Shown here: positions 1 to 10,522 of the stretch, in pieces
Layout of the letters: each line of letters begins with the position of its first letter
Numbering within the stretch: position 1 is the stretch's first letter
DNA from: Methanotrichaceae archaeon
GTDB taxonomy: Archaea; Halobacteriota; Methanosarcinia; Methanotrichales; Methanotrichaceae
DNA: 64,000 nucleotides
Reading direction: 5' to 3'
Assembly (NCBI GenBank): GCA_963813075.1
Contig: CAWEXU010000004.1
Location: 32,001 to 96,000 of the forward strand
Notes under the pieces: generated by a model
What the model was told of the DNA's origin: nothing
What the model saw: the letters and a program-made list of their open reading frames with translations, nothing else
Databases searched by the model: none
Translations under genes and position numbers: made by a program

Positions 1-280
1 CCGTCTCGATCTTGACCCGGCGGAGGCTGGACTGGCCATACAGCCCTGTCCCCTCGTAGAATTCGCCCTGATAATAGACCAGACCCTGAGTGAAGGCAGA
101 GGGGTCATGAGGATAGGAACCGACTATTCTGTAGCTGAAGGCCTCAATGGAACTGGAGCTGCTGCTGAACGAATCGAGATCGATCTGATCGGCACAGCTT
201 AAGCATACGGTCATGGCCAAAGCCAGGAGAGCAAGAGGCCCAATAAAAGAGGCCTTTTTTAATAGCGATACTGCGGCCAT
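1..280 (-). CDS. Glutaminyl-peptide cyclotransferase, secreted (runs off the window start; start codon uncertain)
   Basis: Manual translation: [14 protein letters not shown] signal, then [40 protein letters not shown], typical of type I glutaminyl cyclases. Confidence 0.8.
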   Translation of the reverse strand, partial: MAAVSLLKKASFIGPLALLALAMTVCLSCADQIDLDSFSSSSSSIEAFSYRIVGSYPHDPSAFTQGLVYYQGEFYEGTGLYGQSSLRRVKIET

Positions 281-378
281 GATACGGGAGGCATTTGGGA
301 ATGTTAGCTTATAGATCTTGCTCTGAGAAACTATTTAATGCCGGGCAGTCATCTGTAAGATCAAAGAGAAAGGTGAAG

Positions 379-753
379 ATGATGAAGCATCCCGACCGCG
401 TGTTCTCATTCAAGGAGCTTGAAGCTGAGGACGATCTGATAGAGGCCATGACAAACCACCATTGGCCTGTTTGCTACGGCTTTTATTACGGAAATCATCT
501 CTATCTGGGCGATGGAGACACTGAGAACGATCCCGAATATGCAGTCACCACCGTGGACAAGACGGAGGGCCATCATGGGGTCCATGGCCGCGAAGTGGGC
601 AGGATCCAGCCGAAGGGGATGTCCCAGGATCAGGTGCGCAAGTTCATCCAGGAGATTACGGAAGGCAACTACACTAGCGAGAATCCGGTTCAGATTCAGG
701 TCGAGCCGATCTGGCATCACAGCTGCACCTTCTGCCGACTGGAAGAGGAATAA
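379..753 (+). CDS. Hypothetical protein with C-terminal HHSCxxC
   Basis: ORF after GGTGA RBS; no family recognised. Confidence 0.6.
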   Translation: MMKHPDRVFSFKELEAEDDLIEAMTNHHWPVCYGFYYGNHLYLGDGDTENDPEYAVTTVDKTEGHHGVHGREVGRIQPKGMSQDQVRKFIQEITEGNYTSENPVQIQVEPIWHHSCTFCRLEEE

Positions 754-776
754 AATCCCTCCGCTATAACCTCTTT

Positions 777-1181
777 ATGCCGGGAAATATACTGCCAGCA
801 CCTCCCAAAAAGGAGATCACCATAATCAAGGCTGGCAGCCACTGGCTTTTCAAACACTTCTTCGAGGACAAACAGATCTTTCAGGAGCTTGCGGACTACT
901 ATGATCAGGATGGATATCGCTTCGTCCTCAAAACACCAGGGGAGAGAAACCTGGTAGGAAAGCTCCTGGCAAGGAGGGGATTTGCGGTTACAGTTCTAGA
1001 GAACTCGCGCGGTTATGTGGTAAAATTGAGCCACAAGAGCAGATACTCCTGGCTGCTCAAAAACTCCCTCGCTCAGATCGAGACCCCGGAGTGGCGCATA
1101 TTCCTGATGAAGGACAGGGAAGCGGTCCAGGAAGCCATCCGGCAGGGGGCGAAGCTGGTAGAAGTGGATGTGCAATTCTGA
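777..1181 (+). CDS. Conserved hypothetical protein
   Basis: 134-aa ORF with protein-like composition. Confidence 0.6.
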   Translation: MPGNILPAPPKKEITIIKAGSHWLFKHFFEDKQIFQELADYYDQDGYRFVLKTPGERNLVGKLLARRGFAVTVLENSRGYVVKLSHKSRYSWLLKNSLAQIETPEWRIFLMKDREAVQEAIRQGAKLVEVDVQF

Positions 1182-1183
1182 TA

Positions 1184-2392
1184 TCAAAGCCGCTCTGGCG
1201 GCACCACCTGCCGGATGGAGAAGGCGGCAAGCAAGCTGAAGACCCCCAGATAGAGAAAGACGGGAACGAAGTTGCCTCCGTTCAGATCGAGCAGATATCC
1301 GGAAAGGGTGGGCCCCAGTGGACCGGCGACAAATCCGTAGGCTGCAAAGGTGAGGCCGAATATGGCTCCGAAATGCTCCAGGCCAAAGCAGTCCGCCACC
1401 AATGGAGCAGAGACGGAAAATAAGGTGCCAAAGGACAGTCCAACCACCGCCGCCAGGATTGCGGACGAAATCAGATCTCCTGCCAGGGGAAATAGAAAGT
1501 ATGCCAGGCCCGCAGCCAGGAAGGCCAGGCTCATGACCCTCCTTTGCCCCAACCGGTCGGAGAGGTATCCGCTCGCCAGCCTGCCGGTGCCATTGGTCAG
1601 ATTGAAGGCGGTGAGAATGAGAACCGCACCCTCCAGAGGGAGACCCAATGATAATCCATAGCCGGTGGAGAGGACAGTCATGGAGACTCCCGCCGCCCCG
1701 GCCAGGGTCCAGGTCAGCCAGAGAAACCAAAAGCTCCGGGTGTGGAGAGTCTCAGATACAGTGAGAGATCGCTTTACATAATCCCCTTTTTCGCTTTGCC
1801 TCGCAATCAGGTCATCCCGCTCCCGAGCGAAGTATGCGCCCAAGAGGCCTGCGGCCAGGGTGAGGACAGCCAGTACAAGGCTCATGTTCCTGTAGCCGAA
1901 TGCATTCAGCATCAGGCCGAAGATGGGGGACATGATGGCGGCGGCAAGACCAAAGACCATGCTCACCGTTCCCGAGACCAGCCCCTTTCTGTGGGGGTAC
2001 CACTGCTGCACCAGGGTGAGAGCGGGGATGTAGACGAAGCATGAGGCTGCGCCGTTGAGAAAAGCCCAGGCGTAGACCATGACAATAGATCTTGCATAGG
2101 CGGCGAGGATAGAGCCGCAGGCAGTGAGGAGGATTCCCAGGATGATCATCCTCCTGATGCCGTACCGCTCCTGCCAGCGGCCCACCAGAAACATGTTGAT
2201 GCCGACAGCTGCCAGCATGAAGAAGATGGCCGCTCCCGTGGCACCGCTGCCAACATGAAACATATCCTGCCAAAGGGAGGCCATCACTCCCGGAAAGCCG
2301 AAGGTGAGGGCTCCCGGCCAGAAGATAGCGATGCAGCAGCCGATTATGGCCAGGGCACCATTCCTTTTTCCATTTCCATTAAATTGATCCAT
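1184..2392 (-). CDS. MFS transporter (oxalate/formate antiporter-like)
   Basis: 12 hydrophobic segments, GRWQERYGIR and GYLSDRLGQR MFS motifs. Confidence 0.85.
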   Translation of the reverse strand: MDQFNGNGKRNGALAIIGCCIAIFWPGALTFGFPGVMASLWQDMFHVGSGATGAAIFFMLAAVGINMFLVGRWQERYGIRRMIILGILLTACGSILAAYARSIVMVYAWAFLNGAASCFVYIPALTLVQQWYPHRKGLVSGTVSMVFGLAAAIMSPIFGLMLNAFGYRNMSLVLAVLTLAAGLLGAYFARERDDLIARQSEKGDYVKRSLTVSETLHTRSFWFLWLTWTLAGAAGVSMTVLSTGYGLSLGLPLEGAVLILTAFNLTNGTGRLASGYLSDRLGQRRVMSLAFLAAGLAYFLFPLAGDLISSAILAAVVGLSFGTLFSVSAPLVADCFGLEHFGAIFGLTFAAYGFVAGPLGPTLSGYLLDLNGGNFVPVFLYLGVFSLLAAFSIRQVVPPERL

Positions 2393-2479
2393 ATCGATTC
2401 AAGCTCTCTTGCAGGTTCACGCTCTCTAGCGGGTCCATTCTTCCTTGCTGATTTTAAAAATTATCCTGCTACGCAGAAC

Positions 2480-2593
2480 ATGACCGGAATGACCCGCTAC
2501 TACACTCATCCTTCTATGAACACCACGGGTACGGTGAAGATCGACGGTCGCCAGATCATGGTTAAAGGAGAGAGCTGGTTTGACCATCAGTGA
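2480..2593 (+). pseudogene. Fragment of AttH/CrtC lipocalin-like hydrolase
   Basis: YYTHPSMNTTGTVKIDGRQIMVKGESWFDHQ* resembles the family WxDHxW segment; the rest of the gene is absent. Confidence 0.5.
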
Positions 2594-2908
2594 GGGAGAA
2601 TCAAAGTACTGGGAAGAGATAATACGCATCAGGGAGGGGGATCTTTCCGGAAAGCAGATTGGAGTAGGCTATAATGAGCTGGCAGGATATGCTCCCATCT
2701 CCATTGGGGTTATCTGATCGAGCTTGAGATGCAATAGAGGACGTTAATGAATAAATTGAGACTGGCGGCCCTCATCACCAACTGAGCCGCTGGTGATTTT
2801 TTTATACAAATCGAAATGAGATCCCACGGGCATAGAGAGCTTCCACCCTCCAACAGGCAAAGGATTGATCACTTATGATAGCATGATTATCAATGGAGGA
2901 GCGGCATT

Positions 2909-3355
2909 ATGGTCGAAGGAACGGAGATTGGATGCATCTTCTGCGATATTATAGCTGGAAAAGCACCCTGCCACAAGATCTTTGAGGATGAACTCTCTGT
3001 AGCCATCCTTGATATCAATCCCTTCTCAAAAGGGCATTGCCTGGTCATTCCCAAAAGGCACGTGCCATGGTGGCATGAGCTTTCGGTACAGGAAAATGCC
3101 AGTCTATTCAATGTGGCAAAGATCGTAGCTGAGAGGATGATGAAGGCCCTAAATCCTGATTTTGTCTGCATGTACGCCCGTGGAAGGAGAATACCGCATA
3201 CCCATATCTTCCTCGTTCCTACCTGCAGCGGGGACTTGCTGGACAGATTCTTCAATGCCCTGGAGCTTTTCCAGGAATCGCCCCCGAAGCTTGTTGCTCT
3301 GCGGGACGAACAATCCCAGGAGGAAATAGCAGAGCTTCTTCGGACTATCGGTTGA
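2909..3355 (+). CDS. HIT family nucleotide hydrolase (variant triad HTHIF)
   Basis: CIFCDII...AILDINPFSKGHCLVIPKRH. Confidence 0.85.
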   Translation: MVEGTEIGCIFCDIIAGKAPCHKIFEDELSVAILDINPFSKGHCLVIPKRHVPWWHELSVQENASLFNVAKIVAERMMKALNPDFVCMYARGRRIPHTHIFLVPTCSGDLLDRFFNALELFQESPPKLVALRDEQSQEEIAELLRTIG

Positions 3356-3429
3356 AGGAGATCAGAACGTCGAATTATTTTCTACATTCCACTCCTGGTG
3401 GAGTTATCTTCTTCTAGTAAGGATGACCT

Positions 3430-4014
3430 GTGTACGATGATGATCAGATGATCTCTCGAGTCTACATATCTCACGACCCGGATGATGAGGATCTGGCCCT
3501 GAGGCTCTCTCTGGCACTGGAAAGGGTGGGCCTGGAGAGCTATGCCGCCCTGTACAATCAATCGGCTGTGATCTCACTTGCTGAAAGGGTATCCTTTGCC
3601 ATAAGGAACTCCGAATGCCTGGTGGCCCTGGTGACCCAGAGGGGAGGCGAGTCTGCAGCCCTCTGCCAGGAGATAGGTCTGGCCAGGGGAATTGACCAGC
3701 TCATCATCCCCATGCAGGAAGAGGGGGTGCGCCTTCCATTTCTCATCGATCAGCTGCGACCGCTATCCTTCAGAAGGGAGAACTTTGCCGATGCCGTTGG
3801 CACATTGATCAAGACCATACGGGAGCTGAGCCGCCTGGAGTGGCTGAAGGTGGTCTGCCCCAAATGCGGAGAGGAGATGACCCAGTATCTGACCGACCAG
3901 GATGAGGTGGACTCTGCTCTGGAAAAGGGTGCCTTTCTGGAGACGATCTGCAGCTACTGCCAGAATGCCATCCAGCTCGACCCGCGAACATTCGAGCCGC
4001 TTCAAAGGGAATGA
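3430..4014 (+). CDS. TIR-domain protein with C-terminal zinc ribbon
   Basis: VYISHD...AIRNSECLVALVT...CQEIGLA...IIP TIR pattern; CPKC...CSYC. Confidence 0.7.
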   Translation: MYDDDQMISRVYISHDPDDEDLALRLSLALERVGLESYAALYNQSAVISLAERVSFAIRNSECLVALVTQRGGESAALCQEIGLARGIDQLIIPMQEEGVRLPFLIDQLRPLSFRRENFADAVGTLIKTIRELSRLEWLKVVCPKCGEEMTQYLTDQDEVDSALEKGAFLETICSYCQNAIQLDPRTFEPLQRE

Positions 4015-4331
4015 AAAGATGATGAATCCCCAGATCTAGATGAAAAATTTTGACAGAATTGTTTTTGATAATTTATCGAGATCTTAAGCATTCTATCCGG
4101 AGACCAGATTCCTCCGGCTCTTCCGATCATAAAAGCGATTTTTATTTCCTTTCGCTTGGGCAGAAATCTATCTTGTGAGGCCAATGTTCTTCAGAGAGGA
4201 AGATATAAGACCCAAGAGATGTCATATAATCTAGATGGAATAGCATTAACAGAGGTATAACGTCCAAAGAAAGGTTATGGTTAGAAAGTAAAAATGGCAA
4301 TCTAGTCACGAAAAAATCAAGAACGGATGAA

Positions 4332-5630
4332 ATGGATATGCATAAAATTACTATTGCTATTGTGTTTTTTATCATGATTGGCATGTGCCAAGCAGATGAA
4401 GGTCTAAAAGCTGATTTTTCCAACGTCATCATATCCGAGCCCGCGAGCTGCTCGAATGGCACTGATCCATTGGGAGTCTGTGCTATGCATGCTCAGAACT
4501 ATACTGGCAGAAACATCTCGATCGCCGTCATCGACTTCGAGTTCTACATGAACCGGCTCTCAGAGAGAGAACTGCCGATAGATAGAATCGATCTTTTCAA
4601 TGGCACATTCGATGAGGACGAGTGTCATGGTATCGCCTGCGCTGAGATCATAGGCGACACGGCACCCAATGTGACCCTCTATATGGTGGGCCTGGAAGAG
4701 CAGTCCCAGGCGGGATTCATAGAGGCAGCAGAGAAGCTCAACCGCCTGGATGAAAGGATCGATATCGTAAGCTCCTCCATAGACTTCTCCTTCGGCCTGT
4801 TCGATGAGGGAGATGACATCTGCAAAGCTGTCAACAACCTCACCAGAAATGGGACCATCTGGATCACCGCGGCAGGAGATTCTGCCAAGAAGCATTGGCT
4901 TGGCTCTTTCCAGGATGAGAATGAGAATGGATTCCATGAATTTGGCCCTGGTGACGAATCGCTGAATCTGACCGCAGAGAGAAGAGAGCTAATTGGGGTA
5001 TGGCTGAGCTGGAATGATAGCTGGAGCCAGGCCGATCAGGATTTTGATCTTTATCTTTACTCCCCCGATGGCACCTATGCCATATCCAGGAACACTCAAG
5101 AGGGATACGACAGCCAAGAACCAGCAGAATTGGTGACAATGATAGCTCCCGTCAGCGGAGATTATAGTATACAGATAAGACGATACAGCGCACCAGAGGA
5201 AAACATATCATTCCAGTTATTCAGCACCCATAACCTCACAAATTACATCGTATCGGCTTCGAGCATAGGTGCCCTTGCCAGCTGTTCAGAGGTCATCACC
5301 GTAGGTGCAGTTGACGCTCAAAGCCTGCAGCTGGAGAACTACAGCTCATTGGGTCCGACCCAGGATGGCAGAATGAAGCCTGAGCTGGTGGCACCGGATA
5401 ATATCACGGTCTCGTCTTACATGCCGGAGATGTTCCGGGGAAGCTCAGCCTCTGCACCTTATGCTGCCGGAATCTTCGCCCTCGCTCTGGAGAAGGGCAG
5501 AAAGATGGGCATGAAAGACGAGGAGATAGTGCAGCTCCTATTCGATAGTGCGATCGATCTGGGTCCAACAGGTCCGGAAAATGAGTATGGATATGGTCTG
5601 GCCAACCTTAAAAGATTTGCAGAATTGTAA
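4332..5630 (+). CDS. Secreted S8 (subtilisin-like) serine peptidase
   Basis: Signal peptide; IAVID, HGIACA, GSSASAP catalytic motifs; KPELVAP; YGYG. Confidence 0.85.
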   Translation: MDMHKITIAIVFFIMIGMCQADEGLKADFSNVIISEPASCSNGTDPLGVCAMHAQNYTGRNISIAVIDFEFYMNRLSERELPIDRIDLFNGTFDEDECHGIACAEIIGDTAPNVTLYMVGLEEQSQAGFIEAAEKLNRLDERIDIVSSSIDFSFGLFDEGDDICKAVNNLTRNGTIWITAAGDSAKKHWLGSFQDENENGFHEFGPGDESLNLTAERRELIGVWLSWNDSWSQADQDFDLYLYSPDGTYAISRNTQEGYDSQEPAELVTMIAPVSGDYSIQIRRYSAPEENISFQLFSTHNLTNYIVSASSIGALASCSEVITVGAVDAQSLQLENYSSLGPTQDGRMKPELVAPDNITVSSYMPEMFRGSSASAPYAAGIFALALEKGRKMGMKDEEIVQLLFDSAIDLGPTGPENEYGYGLANLKRFAEL

Positions 5631-5635
5631 TTGCA

Positions 5636-5690
5636 ATTGAGGTCAGACATTGAGGTCAGACATTGAGGTCAAGACAATTGAGGTCAAGAG
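5636..5690 (+). repeat. Four tandem copies of ATTGAGGTCA(A)GAC, 13-15 nt
   Basis: Units start at 5636, 5649, 5662 and 5677; no spacers. Confidence 0.9.
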
Positions 5691-5700
5691 GATGGTAAAT

Positions 5701-7540
5701 ATGAAAATCTTCATGAAGCATTGCTGTATAGAAAAATGGGGCGCAATTAAATGGATGTGCTCGGCACTGATGCTCCTTATGATTCTGCTTTTGCCCTGCC
5801 AGGCAGCGGATGAGACATTCAGGAGCCTCGAATATGGATTTGCCTTCGACTACCCAAAAGAGGCAGAAATCGATATAGATCCTGGAACGATCATTGGGAT
5901 AGAGGAATCGATTGTCGAGATCTGGATTTCCGGCTCGATGGATGTAATCATCGGCGTCTCTGAGAACAATCGAAGGTCTGCGGACGACCTGGCCTTGCTG
6001 GCCCAATCCCGATATGAGGACGAATCTAACCTCACCGTTCTGGACCAGGGAGAAATCGAGGTTAATGGATCCCGGGCTTCTTTCATGGAATCGCTGATGG
6101 AGTTGGAGGATGAGGAAGGAGCATTAAAGATCAAGGACGTCTTCTTGGTCAGCGGAGACAAAGCCTATCAGATCTCCTGCCGGGCGGTTGATAACAGATA
6201 TAAGCAGGCCAATCAGACCTATTTCGGCAGAATTATCTCCTCATTTAAGACTTTTCCCATCGATGAAGAGATAGAGGCCAATCTTCCTGGCTTCCCGGTG
6301 ATCACGGGAGATGATATCTGGTCCTCACCGGCGATGGCGGACCTGGACGGCGACGGCAGCAAAGAGATCGTCTTTGGGACGAACAAAGGGAACCTTCATG
6401 CCATAGGCATTGATGGCGAGGATATAGCCGGCTTTCCCCTGGTCTTAAGAGACGTCATCAGATCCTCTCCAGCCATTGGCGACATCGATGGAGACGGATC
6501 TATTGATATCGCCGTGGGTTGTGATGATGGAATGCTTTATGCTTTCAGCAAAGACGGCAGCATGCTCCCCGGATTCCCAGTCGAAACTGCCGATTTCATT
6601 GCCTCATCACCGTCCATTGGGGATATTGATGGAGATGGAATGGCCGAGGTCGTGGTGGGATCAAGAGACGGAGGCATATACGCCTGGAATGAGAATGGCA
6701 CGAATGTCTGCGGCTTTCCGCTGATAACCAGCGGAGCTGTCTGGTCTTCTCCTGCCCTGGGCGATATAGATGGCGATGGCATTCTGGATATTGTGGTTGG
6801 GTCTATGTATCTGTGCAGGGGACTGGATGAGTGCATGATGGAGTATATTTTTGGCAGCTACAATGGAGAGCTCCATGCCCTCGGCTCTCGAGGAGAGTCT
6901 CTTGGCGGATTTCCCAAGTATCTATCCCAATCGGATAATGTTGGATACTCATCACCCATCCTCTGTGATATCAACAAGGACGGCAAGCCGGAGATTGTGA
7001 TTGCGGGATCTTATAACCTGTACGTGAAGACCTCCGATGAAAAGAGGGATGACTATCTGGGATTTCCGAGAAAGGTCGCCGGCAGCATCCAGGATAGCCA
7101 GATTGCCATGGGTGATTTGAATGGCGATGGCATGCCTGAGATAGTGGCTGGAGCAACCGACGGGAGGTTGTACGTTTGGCGCTCCGATGGACGGTATCTG
7201 CAGGGATTCCCCATCCAGACCGGGGGTTATGTTCGACCATGTCACAATCGGTGATATCGATGGAGACGGGATGCAGGAGATCCTGGGTGGATCGAACGAC
7301 AACAGAGTCTATGCCTGGCGGCTGAATGGTACGGAGGTGGAGGGCTTCCCCAAGGTGACCTCGGACGACATAGAGACTGCCCCCACCCTGGCCGACCTGG
7401 AAGGTGATGGCACTCTTGAACTGGTGGTCGGATCGAATGACGGCCAGCTGTACGCCTGGAGGATCTCGGATAATTATGGAGAGCTGGACTGGCCGATGAT
7501 AAGGCAGAATCTGGAGCATACCGGCGTGGCTGTGATATAG
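5701..7540 (+). CDS. Secreted FG-GAP/VCBS-repeat protein with PsbP-like N-terminal domain (frameshift ~7230)
   Basis: Repeated SSPAxGDIDGDG...GFP units; repeats continue in the 7187..7540 frame. Confidence 0.8.
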
Positions 7541-7679
7541 AGAACAGCAAAACGAGCAAAAAAGGACCATTTGGGCATCGGCAGATGATGCCCGTTCCAT
7601 TTTTTTGAAATTGAATCGCCATTCTTCTTAGCTTTGCATAGGTTTAAGTGACTTGGAGCAATCATACTACCTGAAGTCC

Positions 7680-10202
7680 ATGCCCATAGGTGTTTATGTA
7701 TGTCACTGCGGCCTGAATATCGCCGGCGTCCTGGATGTGGAGGAGCTGAAGAGCTTTGCCGAGAAGCTGCCCGATGTGGCCGTGGCCAGAGATCTGCAGT
7801 TCTCCTGCTCCGATATTGGCCAGGAGCAGATTCAGAAGGATATTGCTGAACTTAAGCTCGACCGGATCGTGGTGGCCGCCTGCTCGCCCCGGCTGCATGA
7901 GCCCACATTTCGCCGCGCCATTGCCAAAGCCGGGCTGAACCCCTATATGCTGGAGATGGCCAATATCCGGGAGCATTGCTCCTGGGTGCATATGGACCTG
8001 CCGGCCATGGCCACAGAGAAGGCCAAGGACCTGATATCAATGGCTGTGGCCAAGGCCGCCCTCCTGCAGCCTTTGGAGCAGGAGAGTATCCCGGTCAACA
8101 AGGATGTGCTGGTGGTGGGGGGAGGAGTGGCAGGGATCGCTGCCGCCCTGGACCTCGCGGATTCGGGCTTTCACGTATTTCTGGTAGAGCGCCGGCCGAC
8201 CATCGGCGGGTACATGGCCCTGCTCACGGACGTCTTTCCCACCAACGATTGCTCCATCTGCGTTCTGGGCCCCAAGATGTCCGAGGTCTTCAACCATCCA
8301 AATATCACTCTTTTCACCTATTCCGAGGTGCTGGCGGTGGAGGGAAGCGTGGGCAACTTCACTGTATCTGGCGTTCACCGGGCACGCTATGTGGACCCGG
8401 TTCTCTGCAAGGGCTGCATAAATGAGTGTGCAGACGTCTGTCCGGTGGAGGTACCCAATGATTACGACTTCGGCATCGGCAAGAGGAAGGCCATCTATGT
8501 GCCCTATCCTCAGGCTGTCCCCCTGTCGGCATGCGTGGACCCCAAAGCCTGCATCGGCTGCGCCCGGTGCGTCGAGTCCTGCCCCACCCAGGCGGTCAAG
8601 CTGGATCAGGTGGCAGAGCACTTCAAGATCAATGTGGGAGCGATAATCGTGGCCACTGGATGGCAGCCCTTTGATGCCGCCCGGAAGGAGGAGTACGGCT
8701 TTGGAAGGTACAGAGATGTCGTCACCACTCTGCAGATAGAGAGGATGCTCAATGCCTCCGGGCCGACCAAAGGCGAGATCGTCCGGCCGAGCACGGGCCA
8801 GGTCGCCCAGTCCATAGCCTTTCTGCAGTGCGTCGGCTCAAGGGACGCCACAGTTGGCAACATCTATTGCTCTCGAATCTGCTGCATGGCCTCGCTGAAA
8901 AATGCCCAGCTGGTGGCGGAGAAGTATCCCGGCTCGGAGATCACCATCTACTATATCGATATCAGGGCATGCGGAGAAGGGTATGAGGAGTTCTATATAC
9001 GGGCGCAGAGGCTGGGAATAAACTTCGTTCGCGCCCGAATCTCCCGCATCGAAGAGGTGGATGGCGATATCTATCTCATCTTTGAGGATACCCAGACTGG
9101 AGAGATAAAAAGGGTCCGGCACGATATCGCCGTCCTCTCCGTGGGCCTGGAGCCGGATAAGAGCGCGGACGTTCTGGGCAACCTCCTCGGCCTCTCCCGC
9201 CGGCCGGACAGGTTCTTTGAGATCGCTCACCCCAAGATGAGGCCGGTGGAGGCTCATGTTGATGGGGTGTTCATCGCCGGCTGCGCCTCCGGGCCCAAGG
9301 AGATTCCCATATCCATCGCTCAGGGCAGTGCTGCTGCTGCCAAGGCCATAAGGCTATTGCAGAAGGGATTCCTGGATCTGGAGCCCACATCTGCTTACGT
9401 GGATCCTGATCTATGCATCAAGTGCAAGCTGTGCGTCGATGTCTGCCCGCAAAAGGCCATAGCGATGAAGAGCCCGGCTTCTGTGGATGAGGCAGCCTGC
9501 AAGGGCTGCGGGTCATGTGCTGCCGCCTGTCCGGTGGATGCCATCAAGATGCGCCTCTTCTCAGACGAGCAGATCATGGCTCAGGTCAGAGCGGCGACTG
9601 CGGTCAAGAGGGAGTTTCCCCTCATCGTCGCATTTCTGTGCAACTGGTGCAGCTACGGTGCCGCAGATCTCGCCGGGACCTCTCGCATCCAGTATCCCAC
9701 CAATGCCCGCAACATCAGGGTGATGTGTTCGGCGCGGGTGGATCCCAGCTTTGTCCTGGAGGCTCTGCGGCGGGGGGCGGACGGGGTGCTCATCGCCGGC
9801 TGCCGAATAGGCGAATGCCACTACCATGATGGGAACTACCAGGCTCTGCAGAGGGTGAATGTCCTGAAGGGAGTGCTGGAGAAGATAGGCATAGATCCGG
9901 GAAGGGTCAAGATCGTCTGGTGTGCAGCCAGCGAGGGGGAGATCTATGCAAAGGATTTGAGAGAGTTCATCGGAGAGCTGAAGGCCATCGGCCCCATAGG
10001 AACGGAGTTGAAAAAGAGAAGAAAAGGGCCGGGAGAGGGAAAGAGCGGTCAAGACGGGGGAAGGGCGAAAAAGACCGGCATGAACGAGGAAAAAGCGGAT
10101 GCGTCTGAAGAGGCAGAGCCGGATACAGATAAGTCAGATACAGAGACACCATTGAAGAGCGTGACGGCTACGGGAGGTGAAGGGCAGCATGATGGAGATT
10201 GA
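7680..10202 (+). CDS. hdrA: Heterodisulfide reductase subunit A fused to MvhD (HdrA-MvhD)
   Basis: GVYVCHCG, ACSPRLHE, GGGVAG FAD motif, CSRICC, ferredoxin motifs; C-terminal FLCNWCSYGAAD..RVMCS..GC..CHY MvhD domain. Confidence 0.95.
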   Translation: MPIGVYVCHCGLNIAGVLDVEELKSFAEKLPDVAVARDLQFSCSDIGQEQIQKDIAELKLDRIVVAACSPRLHEPTFRRAIAKAGLNPYMLEMANIREHCSWVHMDLPAMATEKAKDLISMAVAKAALLQPLEQESIPVNKDVLVVGGGVAGIAAALDLADSGFHVFLVERRPTIGGYMALLTDVFPTNDCSICVLGPKMSEVFNHPNITLFTYSEVLAVEGSVGNFTVSGVHRARYVDPVLCKGCINECADVCPVEVPNDYDFGIGKRKAIYVPYPQAVPLSACVDPKACIGCARCVESCPTQAVKLDQVAEHFKINVGAIIVATGWQPFDAARKEEYGFGRYRDVVTTLQIERMLNASGPTKGEIVRPSTGQVAQSIAFLQCVGSRDATVGNIYCSRICCMASLKNAQLVAEKYPGSEITIYYIDIRACGEGYEEFYIRAQRLGINFVRARISRIEEVDGDIYLIFEDTQTGEIKRVRHDIAVLSVGLEPDKSADVLGNLLGLSRRPDRFFEIAHPKMRPVEAHVDGVFIAGCASGPKEIPISIAQGSAAAAKAIRLLQKGFLDLEPTSAYVDPDLCIKCKLCVDVCPQKAIAMKSPASVDEAACKGCGSCAAACPVDAIKMRLFSDEQIMAQVRAATAVKREFPLIVAFLCNWCSYGAADLAGTSRIQYPTNARNIRVMCSARVDPSFVLEALRRGADGVLIAGCRIGECHYHDGNYQALQRVNVLKGVLEKIGIDPGRVKIVWCAASEGEIYAKDLREFIGELKAIGPIGTELKKRRKGPGEGKSGQDGGRAKKTGMNEEKADASEEAEPDTDKSDTETPLKSVTATGGEGQHDGD

Positions 10203-10522
10203 GAAGGATATGGAGGTGGAGGGATGCTCATATCCTGGCCAGGCAGAAGACAAAAGAGAGCGAGAAGACACTGGATTACGATTACAAGAAATGCGCCGGA
10301 TGCTCCATATGCGTTGACATCTGCCCCAAGAAGGCCTTGCAGGAGGGGCCATTGATGGAGATCGCCAAAGGGCTGGATGCGCCGCCTGTGTTGATAGACC
10401 TCGATCAATGCGTTTTTTGCGGGATGTGCGTGAACTTCTGTCCAATGAAGGCCTTCAGCATGAGCGTGAAAGAAAGGACTCCAGAGCCGGAGGCGGCAGA
10501 GGCAGCCGAAGCAAATGCATGA
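10189..10522 (+). CDS. 2x[4Fe-4S] ferredoxin (probable frameshift ~10225)
   Basis: Two CxxCxxCxxxCP motifs. Confidence 0.85.

Noticed and set aside
2560..2620. TGA in place of Trp (WFDHQ*) suggesting recoding or selenocysteine
   Set aside because: The gene is only a fragment, homology does not visibly continue, and TGA is a normal stop elsewhere in the window.
5636..5690. Possible CRISPR or TIGR-like array
   Set aside because: Units are 13-15 nt, contiguous, with no spacers and no associated genes. No spacer-repeat array was seen anywhere in the window.
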